This document shows positions 36,613 through 49,594 of a DNA stretch of 64,000 bases, one piece after another. Each line of letters starts with the position of its first letter. The first letter of the stretch is position 1. The stretch is taken from contig JALOPZ010000002.1 in the NCBI GenBank assembly GCA_025453605.1, positions 388,631 to 452,630 of the forward strand. Direction: 5' to 3'. The translations under genes and the position numbers were made by a program. The notes under the pieces were generated by a model, which saw only the letters and a list, made by a program, of their open reading frames with translations, made no database searches and was not told the DNA's origin. Source of the stretch: Candidatus Margulisiibacteriota bacterium (GTDB lineage: Bacteria; Margulisbacteria; WOR-1; O2-12-FULL-45-9; XYB2-FULL-48-7).

Positions 36613-38804
36613 CTCACTCTTTCCCACGCTTTGTACAGTTCCAGGTTATCAGGGAACTTGTCGAGGCCGTCCTTGATCAGCCGGCGGGCGCTGACGAGCC
36701 GGCCGACCTGCCGGTCGAGCGCTTCCATCTGGTGGAGGACACCGGGAACCGTCGGATTAACGTAAAACGCCCGTTCGAACATCTCGGCCGCTTCGCGCAA
36801 GCGGCCTTCACTCTGCAGGAGCTGGCCGCGCGTTTCGTACGCTTCGGCATAGTACGGATCGATCTTCAGGGCGATCTCGATATTACGCCAGGCCAGCTCG
36901 CGGTTCCCCTGCGAATAGTAAACGCGGGCGAGCATATAATAGTTATCGGCGTTGAGCGGATCGACCTTCGTGCCGTATTGGAGGTATTTCAGCGCGGCCG
37001 AAGTGTCCCCCTGGTTCAGGTAGACGATCGCCAGGTGGGAGATCGTCGTCCCTTCGAACGGCATGATCCGGAGCGCCTGCTGCAGCTCGGCCGCCGCGGT
37101 CGGCAGCTGGCGCATTTCCATGTAAGTCTTACCGCTCTTAAAGTGGATGTCCTGGCGGAACGAAATGAACCCGACCGAAATAATGGCCGCGGCAATTAAG
37201 GCAATGACCGCGACCGCCAGCCACGGGAGCTCCGACCAGACGATCGGCGCCGCTTTCTCTTCCCGGCGTTCTCCGGCGACCATCACCATCCCCCAGAGGA
37301 CCCAGAAGAGCGAGGTGATTGCGACGACGCCAAAACTGAACTGGTTCTGGACCAGGTAAGCGACGATCGCCGCCAGCAGACCGGCCAGCATCAGCCGCTC
37401 GTGGTCGCTGGCCCGCGCCAATTTCTGCCAGCCGGTGGCAAAGACCGTCCCGATAATCAGCAAGTAGAGGAAGAACGAGATCAGCCCCTTGGTGACCGGG
37501 ACGTCAAAGGTCTCGTTGTGGCACCGGTCCTGCTTAACGTGAAAAGCCTCTTTGAAGCGGAAGAGATCGGTCTCGTAGCGGGGAAAGACCATCTTCAGGA
37601 CTTCCGGTCCGACCCCGAAGAGCGGATTATCGGCGACCACGCCGAACGCGCTTTTCCAGGTCTCGCCGCGCGAACCGGCCGCCCCTTTCAGCTCCAGTTT
37701 GCTGGTCACCTCACCCTGCCCGGCGCTCTCCTGCTTGGCGCCGATCTCGCCGGCAAACCGTTCGAACGGCGAATATTCCGGCCGGAGCATGGTAAAGAGC
37801 GAGATCGCGACGATGACCAGCCCCAGCACGCTCAATTCGCGCCAGTTGCGGAAAAGCCAGCGCCGCCCGGCGACGACGACAAAGAGGACCGCGCCGGTAA
37901 AAAAGCCCATGTAGCCCCCCCGGCTTTGCGTGTAGAGGAGACAGATGTAGATCAGCGTCAGCGCACCGCCCCAGAGCGTGTCCAGGACCAGCGGCTGCAG
38001 CCGGTCGGAGTGGAAGGCGAACAAAAGCGCCGCGGCGGTCGCCAGCGCAAAACCGAGATACCAGACCACGACATCGCTGGCCTGCAGGGTAAAGAGCATC
38101 GCGATAAAAACAATCTGGGCGGCCGCAAAATAACTGAGCGGCAGGATCTGCAGGGTCCAGTCGGTTTCTTTGACCGGTTTTTTCTCTTCCAGAAAAAGGT
38201 AGAGGCCGAGGAAGAAAGCCATCAGAATATAAGCGGCCAGGAAGTTCGGCTGGCCGATCGTGCCGATCACCCTCTGCCAGGTGATGACCCCGCCCCAGGC
38301 GTAGGGATCGAGCTCCTGGCGCTGAATGACGCCGTAAACCGCCATCGCCACCCCGGACTGAACGACGATGATGATCAGCCTTTTGAGCCGGTCGGCGGAA
38401 GCGGCAAAATTGGTCGTGATAAAGAAGAGGAGCCCGAACAGGTACCAGGTGGTCAGCCCTTCAAAGCGGCCGTAGAAGCCGGTAAAGCTGGTGTAAACGT
38501 GGACCGAGGTGATCGTGGCGACCGTGGTGGTTAACAGAAAGGAAACGACCGGCCAGTCGAGCGCGGTCCGGATAAAACGGTGCTCGCGCAGAACGATCAG
38601 CTTGAGCGACCAGACGCCGAGCGCGACGACCACAAAACAGCGGAGCCAGGCGACCTTAGTGCCGGAAAAAACGATCCCGAGCCGGCGGTCAAAAATGATC
38701 GGGATCAGAAAAACAATGACCAGCAGGCAGATCTCCATGATCTGGTCAAAGGAAATTGTCGTCCCGAAATTAGCGCCGCCGCTCTTGACCGAACTTTTCT
38801 TCAT
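36609..38804 (-). CDS. O-antigen ligase/oligosaccharyltransferase-like membrane protein with C-terminal TPRs
   Basis: Many TM segments; GTIGQPNFLAAY, TQSRGG, PLFGVG, RCHN; TPR helices. Confidence 0.88.
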   Translation of the reverse strand: MKKSSVKSGGANFGTTISFDQIMEICLLVIVFLIPIIFDRRLGIVFSGTKVAWLRCFVVVALGVWSLKLIVLREHRFIRTALDWPVVSFLLTTTVATITSVHVYTSFTGFYGRFEGLTTWYLFGLLFFITTNFAASADRLKRLIIIVVQSGVAMAVYGVIQRQELDPYAWGGVITWQRVIGTIGQPNFLAAYILMAFFLGLYLFLEEKKPVKETDWTLQILPLSYFAAAQIVFIAMLFTLQASDVVVWYLGFALATAAALLFAFHSDRLQPLVLDTLWGGALTLIYICLLYTQSRGGYMGFFTGAVLFVVVAGRRWLFRNWRELSVLGLVIVAISLFTMLRPEYSPFERFAGEIGAKQESAGQGEVTSKLELKGAAGSRGETWKSAFGVVADNPLFGVGPEVLKMVFPRYETDLFRFKEAFHVKQDRCHNETFDVPVTKGLISFFLYLLIIGTVFATGWQKLARASDHERLMLAGLLAAIVAYLVQNQFSFGVVAITSLFWVLWGMVMVAGERREEKAAPIVWSELPWLAVAVIALIAAAIISVGFISFRQDIHFKSGKTYMEMRQLPTAAAELQQALRIMPFEGTTISHLAIVYLNQGDTSAALKYLQYGTKVDPLNADNYYMLARVYYSQGNRELAWRNIEIALKIDPYYAEAYETRGQLLQSEGRLREAAEMFERAFYVNPTVPGVLHQMEALDRQVGRLVSARRLIKDGLDKFPDNLELYKAWERVR

Positions 38805-39879
38805 ATTTCTCCCTTATCAAACCGGCGATCCGCTCCAAAAAGAGCGGTTTGCTGAACCGCTGCGCTTGCTGCCGGACCCGCGCTTTAGCGAACTGCCGGA
38901 AGCGGAATTGGTGCAGGACCGCGGTCAGGGCGGCCGCGGTTTGCGGCGTAAAGAACAGGCCGCTCTCCCCTTCGACCACCGTTTCCCGGGCGCCGCCCGC
39001 CTTGTAAGCGATCACCGGTCGGCCGCAGGCCATCGCTTCCAGCGGCGTGATGCCAAAATCCTCTTCCCCGGGGAAAAGGAGGGCGCGGCAGCCGGCCAGT
39101 TGCGCGGCGACCTCCCGGTCGCCAAGCCGGCCGAGAAAAACAGTGTTCGGCCCGGCCCGTTTTTCCAGGGCGGCGCGGGCCGGACCTTCGCCGATGACCC
39201 GGAGCGGCACGTCGGCCGCGCGGCAGGCGTCGATCGCCACGTCGAGCCGCTTGTAAGCGGCGAGGCGGGAAACGACCAGAAAATAATCGCCGTCAACGCT
39301 CCCCGGCCGGAACAGATCGCTCTCGACCGGCGGATTTATTATAACAGAATCGCGACCGTAAATCCCGCGGATCCGTTCGGCCACGGTGGCCGAATTGGCG
39401 ATGAATTGGTCGACCCGGGCACTGGTCTGCAGGTCCCACGTTTTCAGCGGTTCCAGAAAAAAAGGGAGGATCTGTTTGACCAGCTCGGGTAAGCCTTCCC
39501 GGGCGACGTAATCGTCGTAGCGCCAGACAAAGCGCATCGGCGTATGGCAGTAGCAGAGGTGAAGTTGGTCGGGGCGCTTTTTGACCCCCTTGGCGTAGGC
39601 CGAGCTTGACGAAATGATCACGTCGTACTCGCCCAGGTCAAAGCGCTCGAACGCCAGCGGGTAAAAGAGGAACAACGCTTTGAACCAGCGGCTAGCCAGC
39701 GGAATATTTTGCAGCCAGGAGGTCCTGATATCCATCCGGCGGAAATTATCCGGCAGCCGGGTTGGATCGTAGAGCGAAGTGTAGATCGGCGCGTCGGGAT
39801 AAAGCTCATGGAGGGCGGCCACCACCCGCTCCGCGCCGCCGAACTGGACGAGGTAATCGTGGACGATCGCCACTCTCAT
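38770..39879 (-). CDS. GT4 glycosyltransferase
   Basis: VAIVHDYLVQFGGAERV, YCHTPMR, EDFGITPLEAMACG. Confidence 0.94.
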   Translation of the reverse strand: MRVAIVHDYLVQFGGAERVVAALHELYPDAPIYTSLYDPTRLPDNFRRMDIRTSWLQNIPLASRWFKALFLFYPLAFERFDLGEYDVIISSSSAYAKGVKKRPDQLHLCYCHTPMRFVWRYDDYVAREGLPELVKQILPFFLEPLKTWDLQTSARVDQFIANSATVAERIRGIYGRDSVIINPPVESDLFRPGSVDGDYFLVVSRLAAYKRLDVAIDACRAADVPLRVIGEGPARAALEKRAGPNTVFLGRLGDREVAAQLAGCRALLFPGEEDFGITPLEAMACGRPVIAYKAGGARETVVEGESGLFFTPQTAAALTAVLHQFRFRQFAKARVRQQAQRFSKPLFLERIAGLIREKYEEKFGQERRR

Positions 39880-40967
39880 TTCAGCAGCCTGGCGGCCAGG
39901 AGCTCAAAGTTCCGGTCGGCCAGCCTTTTCAGGCTTTCCCGGACGCCGGTCAGCTTTGCCCGGATATCATTGGCCTGCTCCAGGCTCCGGACGATCCGGT
40001 CGCTCAGAGTGGAAAGGTCGTTAAGATCGAGGCACGGCTGATTGATCGTCGCCAAAAACGAGCGGACTTTGGGATCGTAGGTCAGGCCGATCAGCGGGAC
40101 GGCAGCCAGAGCGGCAAAGATCAGGCTGTGCAATCTCATCCCGACCAGGAGATCGAGCCCGGCCACGATCGTCAGCATTTCGGCGGGTCGGCAGAGGCGA
40201 AAAACGACTTCCGACCGTTCCTGCATCAGCTCGCTGATCCGGCGGGCCTGGCGGAGGTCTTCGGGGCATTGGAAGAGGAGAAAGACCGGGCGGACCCCTT
40301 TGTCGCGAACCAGGCGATCGAGCGCGGCGGCCAGATCGCTAGCCGACTGTTCACTCAGTAACGTCCGGTTGCGCCGCGAGCGGAGCGCGATCCCGGCGAG
40401 CGGCCGGTCAAGCGGGATCCCTTCCAGCGCCAGCAATCGTCTCCCCTCCGCCCGGTCCGGCAGAGGGAGAAGCGCGGTCGGATCGCCAGTCACGGCGAGC
40501 GGCGGGCGGTTCACACCGAGCCCGCGCAAGCCGGTTTCCGCGTCGGTGTCGCGCACGGTGATCAGATCGACCCGATTAAGGACCCAACGGGCCAAAAAAC
40601 GGTTGAACGGCCAGTTGAGCGGACCGTAGCCCTGGCCGAGGACCATCACTTTTTTGCCGAATAATTTCGCCAGCCAGACGATGCCGAGGTAATACCAGAG
40701 GCTGCGCGCGCTGGTCACGTCCTGGAAGAGGGTCCCGCCGCCGCTGATCACGATGTCGCTCCAGCGGAGCGCCCGCCAGACCGCACGTAATTTTCCGCGC
40801 GGGACGCCCGCCACATTGTAATAGGCGGCGGTTAATTGCGGCGCGGCCGAGAGCACGGCGATCTCAACGTCCGGCACGCGCCGGCGCAGGCCGATAACGA
40901 TCGACTCCAGCACCGCCTCGTCGCCGACGTTGTTGTAACCGTAGTAACCGGATAGGAGGACCCTCAT
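39876..40967 (-). CDS. csaB: Polysaccharide pyruvyl transferase
   Basis: LSGYYGYNNVGDEA, ISGGGTLFQDVTS, GQGYGPL, ITVRD, GMRLHSLIFA, YDPKV. Confidence 0.93.
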   Translation of the reverse strand: MRVLLSGYYGYNNVGDEAVLESIVIGLRRRVPDVEIAVLSAAPQLTAAYYNVAGVPRGKLRAVWRALRWSDIVISGGGTLFQDVTSARSLWYYLGIVWLAKLFGKKVMVLGQGYGPLNWPFNRFLARWVLNRVDLITVRDTDAETGLRGLGVNRPPLAVTGDPTALLPLPDRAEGRRLLALEGIPLDRPLAGIALRSRRNRTLLSEQSASDLAAALDRLVRDKGVRPVFLLFQCPEDLRQARRISELMQERSEVVFRLCRPAEMLTIVAGLDLLVGMRLHSLIFAALAAVPLIGLTYDPKVRSFLATINQPCLDLNDLSTLSDRIVRSLEQANDIRAKLTGVRESLKRLADRNFELLAARLLK

Positions 40968-42865
40968 TCTTCCGCCTTGATATAGCGGGCGGCGATCAGC
41001 GCGACGAGCGCGCCGACGACCGCACCGAGGCAGAGGGCGTTGAGCGTCCGGACCAGCGAAATAAGGAGCGGCGTGTGGATGTGGGAAAAAGTATTAAAGA
41101 CCGAGGTCGAAGCGACCGCGCCGACCGTCGCCGCCAGCCAGAGCCAGGTCCGGTTGCCGCGCCAATAACAAAGCGCCGCCACCATCAGCGCCGGATAACC
41201 GATCAGGAATTCTTTGGTCCGCGGCCGGACGAACATCACGATCTCCAGCCAGTTGCGCAGGTATTTTTCGACCCCCGGCACCGGAATAATAAAGTTACCG
41301 GAGCGGGCAACGAGCAGCGCCACCGCCCCCAGACCGCAAAGGCCGAGGCCAAGCGTTAGCAGACTAACGCGGACGCTCAGAAAGGTCCGCAGCCGGTCGC
41401 GGAGAAAATAGGCGGCGACGATCAAAAGCGGGACCGTCAACGCCAGTTTAACCGCCGGAAAGACCTCGATCCCGCTTAAGAAGCGGCTATCGGCAAGGAG
41501 CCCGATCATTAGGATAATTCCGAGACCGGTCGTCAGGACGACGCCGAACAGGACCAGCCACGACTTAAGTAACCACTGTTTTTCGTCCCGGCCGCTCCCG
41601 CTCAGATTGGCGATCACCGCGTAGGAGGGGAAGACCAGACTAGCGAGAAAGGCGAGCCCCTTTTGCAGCAACAAAGTTTGGCCAAACTGCTCCGCCAGCG
41701 CGAGCCCCTCCACCCCGCCGAGCAGGATGATCAGGCTGAGCCAGCCCGGGATCTTAATGAACCGGTCAAGCAGAAAGAGGGAGCCGCAAAGGACGCCGGC
41801 CCCAAGTAGAATGATCTGCCACCCCTGAGGCGTCAGCGGTCGGGCGGCCGTCGCTCGCCCCAGAGTAAAACCGGCGCCTTGCAGGCGTTCGGTCAGCTCC
41901 CGGAAATAGCGGAGATTATAGGCGACCGGGAAAGCGTCGATCTGCGGCGGGAGGAAGGGCCGGAGGTAGATCAACCTGACTCCCCGTTCCCGGACCGCGC
42001 GGACGAAACGGTCGAGCGCCTCAGCTTTATCGATCTTGGCCAGCTCATCTTTGGGAACGCTGTGGACCCGGACGACGCTTTGCCCCATCAGTTTTTTAAG
42101 CCGCTGGTCGCCCTCCTGCTTGACGATCTCAACATATCCATAATTTACCCGGCTCTTGCGCAGAGCGTCGGCCAGGGCCGGGATCGCGTCGGGGTAACCG
42201 AGGAGCTCTTCGCCGTCAAAGATCACCAGGCCGTACGGCCGGAGCGCTTCGATCTTGCCGCCGAGGTTGCCGAGGTGATAATGCGGGTCGTTCCAGACCC
42301 GCGGGACAACGGTGAAACCGAATTTACGCAGGTACTGGAGCTGGACCTCCGAAAGACCGAGCCCGAGGAGCCGGAGATCTTCTTCCAGTTCATCGAGCTC
42401 AAGGACATTGCGGCCAAGGAAGCGGGCGCTCCGGTCGCCGAGCGCCCAGCGGAGCTGATCGGCGACGCGCCGGCGCGCCCCAGCGTCAAGGAGATATACA
42501 TAGGTCCGATCAGGTTTAATTAGGCCTCTGGCGGCCAGCGCCGACAACGCCGCCGGTCGCTCCTTAAGCCGCAATAAGCCCGACCCCTTGACGTAAAATA
42601 GCTCGCCGTTCGCCGCTCCGTCCGGCAAGGTCTCCTCAAAAACTCCGAGCTCGGTGATCCCGAGCGCGCGGACCTCCTGCAGGACCGTCCCGATCGGTTT
42701 TTTCTCGAACGCGGCCATCTTCTTCAAATCGTTCAGGTCGAGGACCAGTTCCACCGCCCGGCCGCCGCTTTCGGCGGTCAAGCGGAGCAGGCCAAGGTAG
42801 GCGCCGAGCAGCACCGCGGCGGTCAGGACCAGGAGCAGGATCGCCCGATTCAGTTTATCGATCAT
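40964..42865 (-). CDS. DUF5693-like membrane protein
   Basis: RAVRERGVRLIYLRP, RPRTKEFLIGYP, NTFSHIHTPL; adjacent to csaB. Confidence 0.85.
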   Translation of the reverse strand: MIDKLNRAILLLVLTAAVLLGAYLGLLRLTAESGGRAVELVLDLNDLKKMAAFEKKPIGTVLQEVRALGITELGVFEETLPDGAANGELFYVKGSGLLRLKERPAALSALAARGLIKPDRTYVYLLDAGARRRVADQLRWALGDRSARFLGRNVLELDELEEDLRLLGLGLSEVQLQYLRKFGFTVVPRVWNDPHYHLGNLGGKIEALRPYGLVIFDGEELLGYPDAIPALADALRKSRVNYGYVEIVKQEGDQRLKKLMGQSVVRVHSVPKDELAKIDKAEALDRFVRAVRERGVRLIYLRPFLPPQIDAFPVAYNLRYFRELTERLQGAGFTLGRATAARPLTPQGWQIILLGAGVLCGSLFLLDRFIKIPGWLSLIILLGGVEGLALAEQFGQTLLLQKGLAFLASLVFPSYAVIANLSGSGRDEKQWLLKSWLVLFGVVLTTGLGIILMIGLLADSRFLSGIEVFPAVKLALTVPLLIVAAYFLRDRLRTFLSVRVSLLTLGLGLCGLGAVALLVARSGNFIIPVPGVEKYLRNWLEIVMFVRPRTKEFLIGYPALMVAALCYWRGNRTWLWLAATVGAVASTSVFNTFSHIHTPLLISLVRTLNALCLGAVVGALVALIAARYIKAEE

Positions 42866-43933
42866 CCCGTTTCACTCCTCTCAAAGAGGCTTCGATGAAC
42901 GGATCGAGGTCACCGTCGATCACCCGCTGAACGTCGCCGACGTCGATCCCGGTCCGGTGGTCCTTGACCATCGTGTACGGCTGAAAAACATAGGAGCGGA
43001 TCTGGCTCCCCCACTCGATCTTCTTCTTTTCGCCGCGCAGCTCCTCGATCTTCTCTTTATGCTGGGCGAGCATCATCTCGTACAGTTTCGCCTTGAGCAG
43101 CCGCATGGCGATATCACGGTTGTTATGCTGGGAGCGGTCGCTCTGGCTCTGGGTGACCAGGCCGGTCGGCAGGTGAGTGATGCGGATAGCCGAGCTGACC
43201 TTGTTGACATTCTGCCCGCCGGGGCCGGAAGCGCGGTAAGTGTCGACCCGCAGGTCGCTCGGGTTGATCTCCACTTTGATGTCCTCGGTCGTCTCGGGAA
43301 TGACCTCGACCGAGGCGAACGAGGTATGCCGTTTCCCTTCGGACGAGAACGGCGAGATCCGGACCAACCGGTGGATCCCCGACTCATTTTTCAGATAACC
43401 GTAAGCGTACGGTCCGGAGATCATCATGGTGACGCTTTTTAAACCAGCCTCTTCCCCGTAGGAAAGTTCCGGGACCTCTACGCTAAACCCTTTCCCCTCC
43501 GCCCAGCGGCTGTACATCCGGTGGAGGATCTGGGCCCAATCCTGGGCGTCGGTCCCGCCGGCGCCGGCGTTGATCGCCAGAATGCAGTTGTTGGCGTCGT
43601 ATTCGCCGGACATCAGCGTGGCGATCTCCAGTTCGTCGGCTTTTTTACTCAGCTCTTTGAGTTCGGCCGCCAGCGCGTCGACATCGTCCTGCCCGGCCAT
43701 CCCGGCCAGCTCCGCCAAGTCAGCCACGCCGTGCTTGAGCGCCGCCCAGGTGGCGAGCGCTTTTTCCACGCTCTTCTTCTCCTGGAGGACGCTTTTCGCT
43801 TTGGCCTGGTCGCTCCAGAGCTGGGGGTCGGCCGCCTGCTGGTCGAGCGCCGCCAGGCGGGCGCGTTTTTTATCGAGGGCGATGATCTTTTCGATCTCCG
43901 CGCTCCGCGCCGTGAGGCCGGCGACCTTATCCC

Positions 43934-43952
<19 letters not shown>
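42855..43952 (-). CDS. prfB: Peptide chain release factor 2 (single reading frame)
   Basis: [28 protein letters not shown]; probable ATG 43952. Confidence 0.97.
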
Positions 43953-46435
<2,483 letters not shown>

Positions 46436-46441
46436 CGGCGG

Positions 46442-46816
46442 TCAAAGCTCAGGCGGGAGACCGGGGGACTTAAGGCGCGACTCGATCTTAAGCTTTTGCG
46501 CTTCGCGCTTCTTTTCGTGGCCGAGCTTTTCTTTGTGTTTCTCGACCTGCCGTTTAGCTTCGTCAAGCGCCAGGTCAAAGGCGGCGTACGCGTCCTGGCC
46601 CGCCTCCTGCGCCTGGATCACTTTTTTGCCGCTCAACCAGGCGCGGATCTCCGCCACCTGGCGCTGGTTATCATCGTAATTGGCCCGAGCTTCGAGGACG
46701 ACCTCGACCTTTTGGATCCCGCTGAAAAACTCTTCCAGCTTGGTGATCTTGCCCTGGACGTAATCGCGCAGCGCTGGGGTCAGTTCGAGCTTCTGGCCGG
46801 TGATTTGTATCTGCAT
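46442..46816 (-). CDS. hpf: Ribosome hibernation factor (RaiA/HPF)
   Basis: MQIQITGQKLELTPALRDYV...DAYAAFDLA; lies between comF and secA. Confidence 0.9.
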   Translation of the reverse strand: MQIQITGQKLELTPALRDYVQGKITKLEEFFSGIQKVEVVLEARANYDDNQRQVAEIRAWLSGKKVIQAQEAGQDAYAAFDLALDEAKRQVEKHKEKLGHEKKREAQKLKIESRLKSPGLPPEL

Positions 46817-46825
46817 ACTCTTATT

Positions 46826-47446
46826 CTACTCGACCGCCCGGGAGAGTGTCAATATCTCGATCCGCCGGGCCCCGGCAGTTTTCAAGGCGCGAACGCACTC
46901 GCCGACCGTCGAACCGGTGGTGTAGATGTCATCGACCAGCATCACCTTGCGGTTTTGGACCGCCGCCCGGTCGCCGACCCGGAAGGCCTCTTTCAGGTTG
47001 GTGAACCGCTCCTGCCGCGGCAGGTCGAATTGAGCGTGGGTGTTGCGCTGCCGTTCCAGCGCCGTGACGACCGGTTTGTCGTAGTAGCGGCCGATCACGC
47101 GGGCCAGGAGCTCTGCCTGATTATACCCCCGCTGCCGCAGACGTTTCCGGTGGAGCGGGACCGGCACCAGCGCCTCGACCTCGCTCATCTTCAGGCCGGG
47201 GGCCTGGCTCAGGTACTGGACCAGGAGGACGCCGAGCGGCTCGGCCAGCCCTTGCCGGCCTTGGAATTTAAAGCGGTGGAGCGCCTCTTTGACGACCCCG
47301 TCGTAAACTGCCGCCGAGTAAACGCCAAGCTGCGGCCGGAGAAATTTGATCTGCCGGCAGCACTCCGGACAAAGCGCGTCCCGGCCGGGCTGGCGGCAAA
47401 CCTCGCATTTAGGGGGAAAGATCAGGTCGAGCAGCGCCTTGAACAT
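46826..47446 (-). CDS. comF: ComF family protein
   Basis: LIFPPKCEVC...CPEC, VPVPLH, RGYNQ, LVDDIYTTGST. Confidence 0.93.
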   Translation of the reverse strand: MFKALLDLIFPPKCEVCRQPGRDALCPECCRQIKFLRPQLGVYSAAVYDGVVKEALHRFKFQGRQGLAEPLGVLLVQYLSQAPGLKMSEVEALVPVPLHRKRLRQRGYNQAELLARVIGRYYDKPVVTALERQRNTHAQFDLPRQERFTNLKEAFRVGDRAAVQNRKVMLVDDIYTTGSTVGECVRALKTAGARRIEILTLSRAVE

Positions 47447-47483
47447 TGCCATTGATTATAGCATATGCTACGATTAACCCAAC

Positions 47484-48104
47484 ATGACCTGGGACGACAT
47501 TCTCGAGCTGATGGGGCAAGGCGAAGGCCAGTCGGTCGAGTTCGAAAAGAGCATCCCCGCGGCCGACGACATTGCCCGCGAACTGGTCGCCTTCTCTAAC
47601 GCCGACGGCGGCAAGATCATCTACGGTATCGACGACAAAAACCAGCATTTGGTCGGGGTCGACATCGACGGCCGGTTTGAAGATTGGGTCAAAGAGATCG
47701 GCAAAGAGCACTGTTCTCCGCCTATTACTCCGACCCTTGACTTGGTCAATAAAGCCGACAAAAAGATCGTGGTCATCACCGTCCCCGAGGGGCTTGATAA
47801 GCCGTATAAATCGGACGAGATCTGTTATGTGCGCGATGGCAGCACTTCCCGACCGGCCAAGGACAACGAGGAGCAGGAGATGACCAATCCATGGTCAGGC
47901 AAAGGATTAAACAAGCGCCAGATCCGTTCCCTGCAGCTGATGACCGAACACGGCGCCATTACCAATCGGGAATACCGCGAAGCGTTCAATGTCTCCCACA
48001 AGACCGCCCATTTGGAACTGACGATGCTGGAGGACAAAGGGCTGGCCAAGTCAGAAGGGGCCGGCCGCTCGACCCGCTACATCGTCGTCCCGCAAGCGGC
48101 GTAA
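47484..48104 (+). CDS. AlbA_2/Schlafen-like domain + winged-HTH protein
   Basis: GEGQSVEFEK, VAFSNADGGKIIYGIDD, YVRDGS; C-terminal ITNREY...GAGRSTRY. Confidence 0.85.
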   Translation: MTWDDILELMGQGEGQSVEFEKSIPAADDIARELVAFSNADGGKIIYGIDDKNQHLVGVDIDGRFEDWVKEIGKEHCSPPITPTLDLVNKADKKIVVITVPEGLDKPYKSDEICYVRDGSTSRPAKDNEEQEMTNPWSGKGLNKRQIRSLQLMTEHGAITNREYREAFNVSHKTAHLELTMLEDKGLAKSEGAGRSTRYIVVPQAA

Positions 48105-48107
48105 TAG

Positions 48108-49064
48108 CTAGCCGCGTCTGACCAGGGAGCCGACGATCTCCAACCCGGCGAACCGGCCGGTCCCGGCAAAGATCTCGGCCCGACCGTTCTTCACCTTGGC
48201 GTATAACCTGACCCGGACGGTGGCCGGCAAATGTTCAAAGATCCGCCCCTCCATCGCCCCGACGACCGGAGCGGCAAGCTCTGTCCCGCCGGCCGCGCCG
48301 CCAACCGCCCCGATGTCGAGCACGTAATCCTTATCCTCAAAGGTCAGGGTCACGCCATTCGGCTGGTAAGTGAGCTCCTTGAGCCGGGAACCCAAATAGG
48401 TGGTGAACCGGTAGAGTTTACCGCCATGCCGGAAGCCGACGATGAAACCGTTGAACGACATCCCGAGCCACGGGACCCGCGCTACAGAAACGGACAAAGA
48501 AGTCCCCTCCGGCGCAAAATCGTTGCTCTGCAGCCAGACCCACGCTTTGGGCATAGAATGGCCCCAATCTTTCTCAATGTACCCGCGCCCGCCGGTGTAA
48601 TTCTCCTTACTGCCGCCAACTGTCAGTTGGCCGGTCAGGGAATGATCAAAACTGATGATCCCGTGCTGGCACTCCATCCGGGGAACAAAAGCGAACGGCC
48701 CCATCGCGCCGGGAGAGAATAAACTGACCGGCCACGGCTGCAGCCGGCCAAAAGTGACCGCCCCCTTAATCCCGGGGAGATCCAAAGCAAACCCCGCGCC
48801 GGAAAAATGGTTCGGACCGACCCGGAGATCGAACTTTTTCGGATCGGCTTTAAAGTCGGTGACCGGAAAACGGTGGTACGCTGACTGGTGGCTGCCGCCA
48901 TCCAGGATCTGGATAAATGAGTGCGCGTCGTTACGGGTGAGCGAAACCCCGGGGATAATGGCGATCGGCCGGACACCGGCCGGATCGACCAGCTTAAAGT
49001 ACCACCCTTCGAAATAACCGCTCTGCCGACCGGAGCCTTGAAAAGAAGCCGGCTCGTACAACAA
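48108..49064 (-). CDS. Tocopherol cyclase-like protein
   Basis: YFEGWYFK, MGPFAFVPRMECQH, GYIEKDWGHSMPKAWVWLQSN, AGLE. Confidence 0.85.
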   Translation of the reverse strand: MLYEPASFQGSGRQSGYFEGWYFKLVDPAGVRPIAIIPGVSLTRNDAHSFIQILDGGSHQSAYHRFPVTDFKADPKKFDLRVGPNHFSGAGFALDLPGIKGAVTFGRLQPWPVSLFSPGAMGPFAFVPRMECQHGIISFDHSLTGQLTVGGSKENYTGGRGYIEKDWGHSMPKAWVWLQSNDFAPEGTSLSVSVARVPWLGMSFNGFIVGFRHGGKLYRFTTYLGSRLKELTYQPNGVTLTFEDKDYVLDIGAVGGAAGGTELAAPVVGAMEGRIFEHLPATVRVRLYAKVKNGRAEIFAGTGRFAGLEIVGSLVRRG

Positions 49065-49067
49065 GGT

Positions 49068-49592
49068 TTAAAAGTTCACCCGATAAACCGGCACGCCAGG
49101 CTCAACGATATAGATCAGCCGGACCGGGTTATAGTCGCTCGGGATCTGGGCGACATAGCAGGCTTTGAGGCCGGCCGCCGGCAAAAGCCGCCGCGGTGAT
49201 TCCCATTTTTTCCAATCGTTCCGGTTGACGTGGCGGACCTTTTCAAAAAGCTGATCATCGGCGTCAACCAGCTGCAGCTTGCAGTTGACCCCGCCGTAGG
49301 AACCGGTGAACTTGCGGGCGTTCTTGACCTCGGTCTCGATAACGATCCACTTTTCGTCTTTTCCCGGCTTCTCCCCTTTGGGGCCGACCTCCGGGTATTC
49401 AACGCTGATCACCTTGAATTTGCTTGTCCCGTTAAAAAGCTGAGCCCCGATCTTTCCTTCGTCAATCCCTTTGAGCTGGTTCTGCCCGCCCGGGATGACC
49501 TTCTTCTGGACCGCTTCGGCCCGGCAGGTAAAACCGCCGACCAGGATCAGGGCGGTCAGGGAGAGGGAGATGATCTTGATTAGTTTTGTCAT
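49068..49592 (-). CDS. Exported hypothetical protein (Ig-like, DUF4352-like)
   Basis: Signal peptide from ATG 49592; beta-rich, WIVIETEVKN, LQLVDAD. Confidence 0.7.
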   Translation of the reverse strand: MTKLIKIISLSLTALILVGGFTCRAEAVQKKVIPGGQNQLKGIDEGKIGAQLFNGTSKFKVISVEYPEVGPKGEKPGKDEKWIVIETEVKNARKFTGSYGGVNCKLQLVDADDQLFEKVRHVNRNDWKKWESPRRLLPAAGLKACYVAQIPSDYNPVRLIYIVEPGVPVYRVNF

Positions 49593-49594
49593 GT

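Noticed and set aside
47484-48104. Anti-phage defence island around the AlbA_2/Schlafen-like gene
   Set aside because: Single gene among housekeeping genes; no other defence or mobility genes adjacent.
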